The position numbers and the translations under genes are program-made. Positions 1 to 12,238 of a DNA stretch of 44,660 nt are shown piece by piece. How positions within the stretch are numbered: the stretch's first letter is position 1; each line of letters starts with the position of its first letter. Source of the DNA: Octopus bimaculoides (lineage: Eukaryota); NCBI RefSeq assembly GCF_001194135.2, contig NC_068983.1:106676683-106721342 (forward strand), in the 5' to 3' direction. The notes under the pieces were generated by a model. It saw only the letters and a list, made by a program, of their open reading frames with translations. It had not been told where the DNA came from and ran no database searches.

Positions 1-195
1 CCCCCCCAGCATTGCTTGACAACTGATGGTGGTGTGTTTACGTCCCTGTAACTTAGCGGTTTGGCAAAAGAGACCGATAGAATAAGTACTAGGCTTCCAA
101 AAGAATAGGTCCTAGGGTCGATTTGCTTGACTAAAGGCGGTGCTCCAGCATGGCCTCAGTCAAATGACTGAAACAAGTAAAAGAGAGTAAAGAGT
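1..195 (+). mobile_element. SINE family A, 3' part (runs off window start)
   Basis: Near-identical to the 3' halves at 17170-17356 and 37380-37571 (cttgacaac...gtaacttagcgg...gaataagtactaggctt...ggtgctccagcatggcc...gactgaaacaagtaaaagag). Confidence 0.9.
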
Positions 196-490
196 ATATC
201 TGCTGGAGTAATGGTAGAACAAGTATTGTTCTGGTGATCCTATGACAAAAAAGTGTTTATGACTGTCTTTCTTGTATCCAGACAATCAGATTATCTTCTT
301 CCTCAATAGCCAGTCAATTTTGGAGAAATTCTTGATTCTTGAGATTATCTCACCTTCTCATTTGGCATTGATTGTTATCGTTACAGGGTGTTTGTTTACT
401 TTTCTCTCAAAGTAGATAATTTCAATAAATCTTGTATTGTATTAAATTTCTTTTATTCATCTTTATTGTCCACATCATAAAATATTTCAC

Positions 491-529
<39 letters not shown>

Positions 530-731
530 TTAGTGACCATTTCCCATACTGGAATAGGTTGTTAGTTTGACTAGAGTTGGTAAGCTGGAGAGCTGCACCA
601 GGTTCCAGTCTGTTTTGGCTTGTTTTCTACAGCTGGATGCCCTTCTTAACACCAACCATTTCACAGAATGCACTGGATGCCTTTAACATGTTACTGGCAC
701 CGGTGCCTTTCATGTGTCACCGGCACTGGCC
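491..731 (-). mobile_element. RTE-tail element (family D) with (GAT)n tail
   Basis: Reverse complement carries ggtgttaagaagggcatccagctgtagaaa...ctggtgcagc and ends in the (CAT)n run at 491-528; homologous to 38190-38476 and 40319-40716. Confidence 0.8.
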
Positions 732-1971
732 ATAGCTTAATATTTCAATAAAATATATGCGAGTTAACTGAGACCAATTTTATATGTTGGTGATGTTCTC
801 AAATTAAAAATTGTTTTGTTTGAAAAGTATTTAATCAAATTAGGATTAACAATAGGTAATATGATTTGTAAAAAAAGAAATCCACTTATATATATATATA
901 TATATNNNNNNNNNNNNNNNNNNNNNNNNNNNNNNNNNNNNNNNNNNNNNNNNNNNNNNNNNNNNNNNNNNNNNNNNNNNNNNNNNNNNNNNNNNNNNNN
1001 NNNNNNNNNNNNNNNNNNNNNNNNNNNNNNNNNNNNNNNNNNNNNNNNNNNNNNNNNNNNNNNNNNNNNNNNNNNNNNNNNNNNNNNNNNNNNNNNNNNN
1101 NNNNNNNNNNNNNNNNNNNNNNNNNNNNNNNNNNNNNNNNNNNNNNNNNNNNNNNNNNNNNNNNNNNNNNNNNNNNNNNNNNNNNNNNNNNNNNNNNNNN
1201 NNNNNNNNNNNNNNNNNNNNNNNNNNNNNNNNNNNNNNNNNNNNNNNNNNNNNNNNNCCCTTAGATGTCTTATGTGTTTGTTTATGGATTCATTATAGCA
1301 GACTGAGTGATACTACTTATGATTTGTATTTTTATGTGTTCGGGCAAGAAGTTTGCAGGCTGGTTGGAGGTAAGATAGAGTAGGAACAGTGGAAAAGACC
1401 AGCCACTGGATTTGGTTAAAAAGAGATGATGAGTGATGACTAGAAGAATATTGAGCTTTATTTAATAACCAGTTGATCTAGCAAGCTGGACCTCATATCA
1501 GTGAGGGGGCCGGTGCGCAGTGATGCTGTCGAGAGGTAGGCCCCAAAATGGCACACATTCTCTCCTGATGACCCCATACACTTGCTGGCTTCCAGTATGC
1601 AGAGTCCTTGACTGGTAGCACTTGCATGTGCAAGTAGTTTGCAAAACAATGAATAAAGAATAAATTAGAGATGATAAAGGGAATTTCAATATAGATAAGG
1701 TAAGGATGTAAAGTACATTTATAAGTTGTAAATACAGTTGAGAAAATTTGTATATATACAAGTCCACACACACGTATATACATGCATACATACATTCATC
1801 CATACGTCCATGTATATATACACACAGAGATGGTCACACACTTATGTACATACACGCATATACGTGAATACATCGATCCGTATGCATATTGACATATACA
1901 TCTACATATACATATACATACACTTACGTGCACATGCTTATATGTATATATATATATATGTATGTACATAT

Positions 1972-2365
1972 GTGGAGGCGCAATGGCCCAGTGGTTAGGG
2001 CAGCGGACTCGCGGTCATAGAATTGTGGTTTCGATTCCCAGACCGGGTGTTGTGAGTGTTTATTGAGTGAAAACACGTAAGGCTCCATGAGGCTCCGGCA
2101 GGAGATAGTGGCGAACCCTACTGTACTCTTTCACCACAACTTTCTCTCATTCTTACTTCCTGTTTCTGTTGTGCCTGTAATTTAAAGGGTCAGCCTTGTC
2201 ACACTGTGTCACGCTGAATATCCCCGAGAACTACATTAAGGGCACACGTGTCTGTGGAGTGCTCAGTCACTTGCACATTAATTTCACGAGCAAGCTGTTC
2301 TGTTGATCGGATCAACTGGAACCCTCGACGTCATAAGCGATGGAGTGCCAACAACAAACAACAAG
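1972..2365 (+). mobile_element. tRNA-derived SINE family B, full length
   Basis: A-box-like tggcccagtgg and B-box-like ggtttcgattccc, (CAA)n tail; aligns end to end with 24546-24935 and, inverted, 18405-18775. Confidence 0.9.
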
Positions 2366-2696
2366 AATATGTACTTTTTAACTCATCACCCCTAAGAAGA
2401 AGTTGATATAGATCCGTGATGGTCAGTTGATTTTGATTGGTTAGTGGAATTTTGAATTATTATGTCACTGTAGCATTTCTAGGCAAGTGTATTTCTTTAA
2501 TGGTTTCCTAAACTGTTATATCTGAATTTACATGTGAAAATAATAAATGTTTGTGTGTACACACATGCAAGTGTATATAAATTTAGTCATAGATATATAC
2601 ACATACATATACACCTATATATGCACATATACATACACACATACATACATATATATATATGCACATATACACATATGCACACACACATCTGTGCAA

Positions 2697-2759
<63 letters not shown>

Positions 2760-4039
2760 TAGAGAGAGAGAGAAAGAGAGAGAGATACACATATATTAAA
2801 ATTGGATCTAAAATATGTCTTTCTTTTGACATATTTTAAAAATGGCTAATTAATATGTTTAGAGTAGCTATATAGATATACAGATATATTAAGTTCAACC
2901 TGAAGGTTAAGATTTAAAAATCGACGAACTTTGGTATTCTGGCAAATAAAGTCTTAGGCATATTAAAGTACAGAAATATATACATTTATAAAATCTTTAG
3001 ATAACAATAATCATGACAAAATTTTGTAAATGAAAAATGTATCATCATCATCATCATCGTTTAATGTCCGCCTTCTATGCTGGCATGATAAATAAATATA
3101 AAAACATGTCTTAGAAACAACCAGGAAAACAATACATTTGGGAAGAATTATGTTTATTTATTTTCATGCAAAGAATCCTTATATGATGTAAGTAATCCTT
3201 ATATTTGCTAAAAGGAGATGAATATAAAACATGGATATTTATAAAAAGAAAACATTGACTGCTACTGAATAGTGTCATATTAATATGTGTATAAATTATA
3301 AGTTGTAACTGATAACAATATCTTATATGTTGAAACATGGAATTATAAAATCAAGAACAACATAAATAGAGTAAGTGAAATCAAATTTAATGAAAATATG
3401 TGAGAATGAATATATTGCAACTGAAGTGAGAATATAAATGATTATATGGCAGGAAAAGTGGATTAAAATTAAACAGAAATAGAAAAGATTACAAGTTTGG
3501 ATAAGGTGTACAAAAATACCAAATGAAATGTAAAGGAAAAACAAAACCAAAAGTCAAAAGAAAAAACTTATGCTAGCTTAGGAATGCAATGAGATAAATA
3601 TGAAACATGAAATTAAAAGAAAATGTGTGAATGTTAATGCATGAAGATAAAAGAATATGATTTACAGTAAGGTAATGGATAGAAATAAAGTAGAAATGTA
3701 AAAAAGAGGTGAGTGTAAAATAAAAACGAAGGAGTTATAATTTTGAATAAGGAAATAAGACTGTATAACCTGGAAAAATTATGATCAGTTGAATCAAATG
3801 TAGTTGAAAGAGGTGTTGTGAAAAAAATTAATTACTGTAAAATAAAATTAATAAAGATAAATGGATGGTTTAGTAAGAATTTTCATTTAGCCATTTTGAT
3901 AGTTCATTCACTCATCTATTCAGCCATTCAACTAACCGACCGATCATCCATTCATCCATCTATCCATCCATCCATTTTCTCTACCCATTTTTCTTCAGAC
4001 ACCTTCTCCATAATGCCCTATCAGTTAAATTCCTTTACT

Positions 4040-5450
4040 AGTGCTCCAATGCAAAATTTTGCTTGATATTCATTATTCAGCTCAACTTTTGCACACTATA
4101 CTAAAGAGCTAATGAGGAAGTTTTCCTTACTTGGGTAGTGATAAGAGTTTATACGTTTTTAAGTGTTTAGTGATGTCAAAATATTGTTTGGCATATGCTT
4201 TGCTTTGAAGAAATTCAGAGCTGTGAAACTTTGTAAGTGTAATAAACTTAGGCAGATATTTAAAAAAGTTTTAGTGTCTATGTTCACTGTAAAAGGAAGT
4301 GAAACTAACTTGAGGAACGTCTTAGTTATATTTTTTCAAACATTGAAACTGAAAACTGGATTATGCCACAATTTTTCAATTTTTATTTCTGTTTGGGAGT
4401 TGAAGGTTTGAGTATATATTCTATCTCACTGAAAAATCTATGACAGTTAAATGCTTCATTGCAGAATTCTAAAATTTTTGTAAAAGTTGCTACATTTAGA
4501 GATAAAGATGATATATGACTGATAAAATTGGAAACTAAATTACAGAAAATATTACGTGGATATGATTACAAGTCATATTAATATAAAATAACCTTTCATT
4601 AAGTTTGTAATAGGAAAAAAAAATATTCATCAGCTGCTAACTTTAATTCTTTGGTCTAGAAAATTAACTTTTGAAAGGTAACACTGACAGCAAACTTTAA
4701 ATCTAATTCACTAAAGAATGAAATAATTATTCTATCTATATCATACTATTCATATTTCACAAGGAAAATTATCCATCTTCATGATAAATTCCTCTAGTCA
4801 GGAATCTTTTATACCACAAATTATAAAGATAAAGCAATGAGGGCACACATTTCTTCCCCATTAAATTTTTTTTTCCTATTACAAACTTATGAGTCATAGT
4901 TATATCCAACAATATCTCTCCATTCTTGTTTTACCTGGGCTGCATTTTGGAAAAACAAGAGAGATTTTCTAGGATGCAGAATAACTTCAATATCTGAATA
5001 GGGAGTATGGTTTTGGCAAAGGCTAATACTTGTAGCAGTAGTGACTTTGTGTGATAAAGAGATAAAAATTGTAATCTCAAATTGGAACGAAAAAAACCTA
5101 TTCTTTTTTTTTATCATGGATATTACTGAACTGTTCTATGAGACTATCACGCTATTATTCCATACTGGAGTCAAACTATTTTTATGCCTCTAAAAATAAC
5201 AGGATCAAGTATTTTTTTATACCTAAGCCTGTTTTTACTGGGTTGATTAACCTATTTAGGGTGACTAGTGAACTTAACTTTATGGTTCTTGAGTGTGTTG
5301 TGTGGTGGGAAAGAAGCCAATGATTCAACTCATGTATTTTGAGTGCAGAGAAGTTTCTGACTCTATATTCTTTGATTTTATTTTCATTTTATTTTTCATA
5401 CTTGTTACTCTTTTCCTTTTTCTTGATTATATCCAAGGCTGTTTGTGATA
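4040..5450 (-). mobile_element. Degenerate Penelope-like retroelement (RT plus start of GIY-YIG region), YxDDG type; may extend to about 5850
   Basis: Manual minus-strand translation through stops and frameshifts gives, in the expected order: RLINPVKTGLG; LIEQFSNIHDKKKNRF..FQFEI; DIEVILHPRKSLLF; FNGEEMCALIAL (cf. FDGAEVCELVGL); GIYHEDG at 4772-4792 (cf. GLYRDDG); FYINMTCNH; LWHNPVFSFNV*KNITKTFLKLV (cf. IWFNPPYSKNV.TNIGK.FL); AKFCIG. Confidence 0.85.
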
Positions 5451-7219
5451 TATTGCTTTATGAATAGAGAGTGAATTCTGACCGCATTTTGAAAGTTAAC
5501 ATTATTTTTTAATCCCCATATATTCCATCACTCATTTTCTCACTTTCTTGTTTTGGTTTTCTTTTTTAATATTGTAAAATTTTGTTGTATTTGAGCATGA
5601 ATGACGTTTGCGAAAGGTTTAAAATACCTGCAGTTAACATAATTGAATCATACACCCACAGAGAGGCTTTGAAATATTTAAATTTATCTCAGATCTGATT
5701 TATTCTTTTTTCTCTTTAGTCATTTGATTTTATCTTTACGTATGCATCCAATCTAATATGTTTCATGTATTTGATTTTTATCTTTATGCATGCATACTGA
5801 ATATTTTTATTAACAGCTTCTTGTTTTATACCCCATATTTAGTTTGAAGACTTGTGCCAGAGCTCCTTTGCCAAGACACCAGGCCAATTTTATGGGAAAA
5901 CCAAGTAAAATACATCTGGTCTTTATCTGATTAATCCCTTAACTGAAAGAGTATTTAAGTAAGTTTCACCTCTGCAGTATACTACCATGTCAGTAATTCA
6001 CAAGGATTTGCTCACTCCAATCCTTGCAACAATCTTAATATACATGCTGGATCCCATAGTATTATACTTCACTCGTTTCAATCCACACAGAAAGATAGAA
6101 GAAGTATCTCTACTTAATGGCAGCTGCTGTTTGTCATGACAAGGTCAATATTGAGGTATTTAAGAGGTGTTAAACGATTTCGCATGTCAAATCTTCTCCC
6201 TTTCATATATGATTATTACTCGTGATAGCAGATCCCTGTGGGATGCTTTGTGGCACATAGTGTTAGCTAGATACAACAGATTGCTAAATATTTAGAGAAT
6301 GTTTGTTATTGTATTTAGTGTGTGTGATAAACAGTGTGCATAAAACAAATATATCATGTCATGATTAGATAAATAGATGCATGTGAAATATCCAGATAAG
6401 GAAATATAAATTATTATTATTTGAAATATAAATGTGAAGAGATCATGAGATAAATTTCTTCTTAATTTTTAAATATTTTTTTTGCCTTTCTTTAATATTT
6501 ATGTATATCTGTGAACATACTTCGTGATGCATTATATGTACATATATGCATACATAGACACATGTATATATGTACGTGTGTGTGTCATTGTCCTCTCATC
6601 AATCAAAGTATTAAGTTGTATTACAATCATCATTGGAAGAAGGACCATTATTGTAAAATTATCAAGCTAGCTATGTAGTTTGACTAAAGGGTAATCCAGC
6701 CTTCAAATAAAATTATGTGTGTGTATTGTATGCGTATATATATATATACATACATATATATATATATATATANNNNNNNNNNNNNNNNNNNNNNNNNNNN
6801 NNNNNNNNNNNNNNNNNNNNNNNNNNNNNNNNNNNNNNNNNNNNNNNNNNNNNNNNNNNNNNNNNNNNNNNNNNNNNNNNNNNNNNNNNNNNNNNNNNNN
6901 NNNNNNNNNNNNNNNNNNNNNNNNNNNNNNNNNNNNNNNNNNNNNNNNNNNNNNNNNNNNNNNNNNNNNNNNNNNNNNNNNNNNNNNNNNNNNNNNNNNN
7001 NNNNNNNNNNNNNNNNNNNNNNNNNNNNNNNNNNNNNNNNNNNNNNNNNNNNNNNNNNNNNNNNNNNNNNNNNNNNNNNNNNNNNNNNNNNNNNNNNNNN
7101 NNNNNNNNNNNNNNNNNNNNNNNNNNNNNNNNNNNNNNNNNNNNNNNNNNNNNNNNNNNNNNNNNNNNNNNNNNNNNNNNNNNNNNNNNNNNNNNNNNNN
7201 NNNNNNNNNNNNNNNNNNN

Positions 7220-7255
<36 letters not shown>

Positions 7256-7259
7256 CAAA

Positions 7260-7645
7260 TTTACAGAAAACAAAAGATGAAGACAGGTGTAGGAACAACA
7301 AGTAAGTGTATTAGTGTTTAGCACTTGAGTAGAATGGAAAGGTCTTTTACATTTTGAGGCTATGCTCTCTGACAGAAAGGATTAAGAGGTAAAAAATAGG
7401 GAGAGAATGAAAAAAATGGAGAGAGAAAAAGTGCAGAGTTCAACAGTCCAAAACGATGAGATAACTGGGAAAAAGAAGTTGAATGAAAGGGAGAAAATAA
7501 TAATAATGACCGTAAAGGTAATGGTGACCCCAACGAATGAAGGTGTGCAAGCGTGTGTGTATGTAAGAATGGTGTCTGTGAGTGTGTATGTGTGAATGGG
7601 GGCAAGCGATCTAACATATGTGTGTGAATGGGGGCGAGTGGGTCT

Positions 7646-7688
<43 letters not shown>

Positions 7689-9250
7689 TGTGTGTAGCAG
7701 TTGATGTGTGTTGTGTGTAGCAGGTGGTGCATGCACATGTGTATGTGTGTGTGTGTGTTTGTGTGTGTATGTGTGTGTATGTGTGTGTATGTGTATGTGT
7801 GTGTGTCTGTGATGAAATAGTGTGCATGTGTGTAGTATAGGTTTGTGGGCGAAAGTTATCTTTGCCTATGTGTGTTGTGTGTATGTGTATATATTGTCTG
7901 TGTTCAGGTATTATGTATGGGAGTGTGCATGATGGTGTGTGGTGTGTGTATTGAGTTAAACAGTGTGTGTGGCTGCTTGTATAGTGGTATGTGTGGTGAC
8001 AGTATTGACGATTGTGTGTGGGTGTGTGGTGTGTGATGTGGGTGCTGAGAAGTGTTCAGTGCTAGTGTGTGTGTGCAGTGGGAAGGTGTTTGTGGTGTTT
8101 GTGTAATGGTGTGTGAAGTGAGTCATGAGTTGAACAGTGTGTATGAGTGTTTGTATAGCGGTGTGTGCGTGTATGTGTGTGGTGAGGGTACTGAGGTACT
8201 GAGGTAGGTGGTATGCAGGTATGTAGGTGGAGGGTGCAGTTAGATGTGGGGGGGGGGTCGGAATCCTTCTGGGGGCTGGCATCAGATGTAGAGAGTTGAG
8301 CCCATGTAGTGCAAAGGAATGAAGAGAGAAAATTAATACTTGTTCATGGTGAAGGTGGGAGTCTGGATGGCCCCTGTGCAGAGACAGTCCAATCACAGAC
8401 AAATATTGTAGTGAATGACTGGTAGTGTGGAAGTGGCACAGGACCAGAGTGTCATTGTTGAGTCTGATGTCTTGGAGGTGCTCTGTGAACCGGTCAGCTG
8501 TTTGACCAATGTACAGGGTAGGACAGAAAGAGTAGGAGATTCAATAAATAATATTACTAAGGGTGCAGGTAAAAGAGTCAGTGATGTGATAGGGATGGAG
8601 ATGGATACCAGTGAGGATGGTGGTGTTGGAGAGTTAGGGGCAGGTCCGACAGTGTGAGTGGGAGCAGGGGGAGGAGTGAGGGGTAGAGAAGAAACTGTGG
8701 ACCAGGAGGTCATGCAGGTTTTGAGCTCATTTGAAGGAGAGAGGGGGTAGGTTAGGGAAGATGTGTAAGGTGAAGGGGTTGGACTGGAGTCACTGGAAGG
8801 CTTGGAGAATGGTGTGTTGGAGGGGTAGGGTGGAAAGGTGGTAGGTAAGGGGAAACAGGAGGCAGATAAGGGTGGGATGGGTGCGAAGAGAAAGCAGATT
8901 CACAGTCCACAGATTATGCCTGGGCAAGGGCAGTGTGGATAATGATGAGAGGATGTCCATTTTAGATGAAGTGGCAAGCCATGAGTTGAGACTCAGTCTC
9001 AAAGTCATAGTCGTCACTGCAGAGCCTGTGTAGACAGAAGAATTGGGAATAGGGGATGGAGAGCTTGGTGTGGGTAGGGTGGGAGGAGGAGAAGTTAAGG
9101 TAGATTTGTGAGTCAGTGTGTTTGCAGAGGATGGAGGTGGTAAGTGTGGAGTGATGTATACTGACAGAAATGTTGAGAAATTCAATGGAAGAGTTAGAGA
9201 TAGTGTAGGAGAATTTGAGGGTAGGATGGAAGGATTGGACAAAGAAGAGG
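7260..9250 (-). mobile_element. 5'-truncated Penelope-like element (Neptune type): RT C-terminus, Cys linker, GIY-YIG endonuclease, microsatellite-expanded 3' region
   Basis: Minus-strand peptides TTSILCKHTDSQIYLNFSSSHPTHTKLSIPYSQFFCLHRLCSDDYDF, PCSHSHCRTC, FTCTLSNIIY*ISYSFCPTLYIGQT..RFTEHLQDIR...HEQVLIFSLHSFALHGLN (coding about 9240 to 8290). The 3' limit near 7260 is inferred from the hammerhead-like remnant. Confidence 0.88.
7345..7378 (-). ncRNA. Decayed minimal hammerhead-ribozyme-like motif at PLE 3' end
   Basis: Minus strand reads ctgtcaga gagc atag cctc aaaa tgt, a degenerate version of CUGANGA-stemII-GAAA; core positions are mutated, so probably inactive. Confidence 0.4.
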
Positions 9251-9266
9251 AAGGAGTCCAGATGTA

Positions 9267-9304
<38 letters not shown>

Positions 9305-9454
9305 GGTAAAGGATTATTAATTTATTAATAAATTAATAATTAATAATTTTTACCAAGCACTTCGGTATGTAAACACCGTTATCGGTAAAGAACTTATTTA
9401 AAAGTAAAGTAAATCCCTTAATTATGTTTATATATATATATATATAGTATATAT

Positions 9455-9890
9455 GAGGTGTAGGCATGACTTGTGATAACAAGTTTGCTTCTCAACCACA
9501 TGGTTCTGGGTTCAGTCCCTCTGTGTGGCATCTTAAGCAAGTGTTTTCTACTATAGCCCCAGCTTGGGAGTGGATTTGCTAGATGAAAACTTAAAGAAAC
9601 CTGATGTATATATGTACATACATAAATATACGTATGTGCTTATGTGTGAGTGTGTGTATGTTTGTGTCTCTTTGTCTCGACAGCTTGTAATTGTTGCAGA
9701 ATGATTGTCATTTGTTTCCAATATTCTGTAAAAACATGTCTGGCTATGGGGAAATATTACCTAATTTGGAAACAGGTGAGAGTTGGTGACAGAAAGGGCA
9801 TCTGGTCATAAAAAAATCAAATCTGCCTCAATAAATTCTGTCTGATCCATGCAATATGGAAAAGAGGATGTGAAAATGATGATGTATATA
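9455..9890 (+). mobile_element. SINE with family A head, internal microsatellite and alternative RTE-like tail
   Basis: Head ccacatggttctgggttcagtccc...gcaagtg; body then ends gttggtgacagaaagggcatc...catgcaatatggaaaag...aatgatgatg; the same tail occurs at 12270-12515. Confidence 0.75.
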
Positions 9891-10215
9891 TAGGCACGAC
9901 CATAGCAGAGTGTCTTAAATCATACCTGCACTGACTGCACTGATCATTTGATGTCTTTTTCTATTGCTCCCAGCCAATCAAAGCCTTGTGAGTGGATTTG
10001 GCAGACAGAAACTGAAAAGAGCCCAATGTATGTACGTGTGTGTGTGTGTGTATGTGTGTGTATGTGTGTGTGTATGTGTGTGTGTGTGTGTATGTGTGTG
10101 TGAGTGTGTTTGTGTGGGTCTTTTTATATTTCCCATGTCTACATATGTATTTTGTTTACATGCTTGTAATCCATCCGTCTATCTATCTATCTATCTATCT
10201 ATATACATATATACA

Positions 10216-10251
<36 letters not shown>

Positions 10252-11249
10252 NNNNNNNNNNNNNNNNNNNNNNNNNNNNNNNNNNNNNNNNNNNNNNNNN
10301 NNNNNNNNNNNNNNNNNNNNNNNNNNNNNNNNNNNNNNNNNNNNNNNNNNNNNNNNNNNNNNNNNNNNNNNNNNNNNNNNNNNNNNNNNNNNNNNNNNNN
10401 NNNNNNNNNNNNNNNNNNNNNNNNNNNNNNNNNNNNNNNNNNNNNNNNNNNNNNNNNNNNNNNNNNNNNNNNNNNNNNNNNNNNNNNNNNNNNNNNNNNN
10501 NNNNNNNNNNNNNNNNNNNNNNNNNNNNNNNNNNNNNNNNNNNNNNNNNNNNNNNNNNNNNNNNNNNNNNNNNNNNNNNNNNNNNNNNNNNNNNNNNNNN
10601 NNNNNNNNNNNNNNNNNNNNNNNNNNNNNNNNNNNNNNNNNNNNNNNNNNNNNNNNNNNNNNNNNNNNNNNNNNNNNNNNNNNNNNNNNNNNNNNNNNNN
10701 NNNNNNNNNNNNNNNNNNNNNNNNNNNNNNNNNNNNNNNNNNNNNNNNNNNNNNNNNNNNNNNNNNNNNNAGGGGGGAAAAGGAGATACGTAGTAGTAAC
10801 AGAGGAAGAACGAGAGGGGTAAAGCGAGATACGTAGTAGTAAACAGAGGAAGAACGAGAGGGGGAAAAATTGAAGAGGAAGAGAAAGAGAAAGAGATAGA
10901 GTAGCGTCAGAAAATATAAAGTTGCGAAAACTACTTACAGATTGGTGACGCTGCGTTCGGTCATGTAAAAACAAATAGTAAATGAGTATATGCATATATA
11001 CGTACAGGTATGTGCATACTGACATCCACCTGTATGTATAGGTGCATATCTGGGTACAGGACATTGCAGTCTTTGGCCACTTTAAACTATTGTAAATTTC
11101 TACTAATTGCCAACTTATAAGTGAATGTTTTGCATTGTGTTTTTTACATATGAAACATTAGCCCTGTTGGGGTCATTTCCATACCTAATCATTAAATTTT
11201 GTAATAGAGTTCTGAATGAGAGGGTAAGATGTGAGATGACCACCAAAAA

Positions 11250-11935
11250 TAGCTGTGCAAAAGTTTTCGGTCACCTCACATAAACCAGTCAAGATATAGT
11301 GTTTTAAACAAAAATGTCTATAATGAAAATTTATTACAGAATGTTAATTTCCAGAAGTTACTGTACATTGTTAATATTTTGTGTGGCTTCCCTTAGCTTG
11401 AATAATTGCTTCAATGTGCCTGGGTAGAGATGCGTACAAATCCGTCACCATCTTCACAGGTATAAGACGATATTCTCTGTGGCTGAGCTCCCTAACCCTA
11501 ACTCTTCAAAATTGTGTGGATTCTTCTGACAAACTCTTCTCTTTAGTTCTGTCCACATTTGCTCAATGATATTTAAGTCAGGGATCTGAGCTGGCCAGTC
11601 TTTCAATGCAATTACACCTTCATGAGTCAGACTCTTTTGAGTTGCATGTGATCAGTGGCATGAAGTTCTGTCATGCTGAAAAATCTCACCTTCATCCAAG
11701 TCTGGTATCAAATTGTCCTTCAGCAACTGGATGTATTTGGTACTATTCAAGTTACCGCCAATTTTAACCAACTTCCTTGAACCATCACATTTTATGTATC
11801 CCCAAAGCATCAGACTCTTACCCCAAAACTTAACTGTTTTCATTGTATAACATGGGTCATTTCGCTTTCCTGGAGGCATTCTGACAAATTCCTGTTTATT
11901 ACAAAGTGAAACGACCCATGTTACATGAGGGAAAC
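11250..11935 (-). mobile_element. Tc1-like transposase catalytic-domain fragment with 3' TIR remnant
   Basis: TVKFWGKSLMLWGYI...GNLNSTKYIQLLKDNL...IFQHD...DWPAQIPDLNIIEQMWTELKRRV with an internal stop; TIR-like tagctgtgcaaaagttttcggtcac at 11250. Confidence 0.92.
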
Positions 11936-11959
11936 ACTGAGGTTTGGGGGTAAAGAGTG

Positions 11960-12238
11960 ATGGTTGGTAACAGGAAGGGCATCTACTTGTAGAGAATTTA
12001 CCATCTGACCTATGCAAACAAGAGTGTTTTGTGTTTGTGCTTGTCTCCCACTATTACTTAATAACTAGTGCTGATTTGTTTATACCCCTGTAACTTAGCA
12101 GTTTGGAAAAAGAGACTGATAGAATAAGTACTGGACTTAAAGAAAAATATAAGTACTGAGATTAATTCATTTGACTTCAACATGGTGCCCCAACATGGCC
12201 ACAGTCTAATGACTGAAACAAGTAAAAGATAAAAGATA
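11960..12238 (+). mobile_element. SINE family A, 3' part, diverged
   Basis: gtaacttagcagtttgg...gatagaataagtact...ggtgccccaacatggccacagtc...gactgaaacaagtaaaag. Confidence 0.75.

Noticed and set aside
1458-1649. GC-richer unique segment with short ORFs
   Set aside because: No recognisable motif or convincing splice pair.
1972-2050. tRNA gene
   Set aside because: A/B-box head of a multi-copy SINE; no complete cloverleaf and it continues into a shared body.
3115-3187. Plus-strand exon candidate ending at gtaagt
   Set aside because: Acceptor lacks a pyrimidine tract, two frames are open and no homology is recognised.
4944-5002. Minus-strand exon with AG/GT boundaries (DIEVILHPRKSLLFFQNAAQ)
   Set aside because: The peptide is a PLE RT motif colinear with other PLE motifs, so the splice signals are coincidental.
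6230-6247. SIPQGS RT-like motif on the minus strand
   Set aside because: Isolated hexapeptide; no neighbouring RT motifs recovered.
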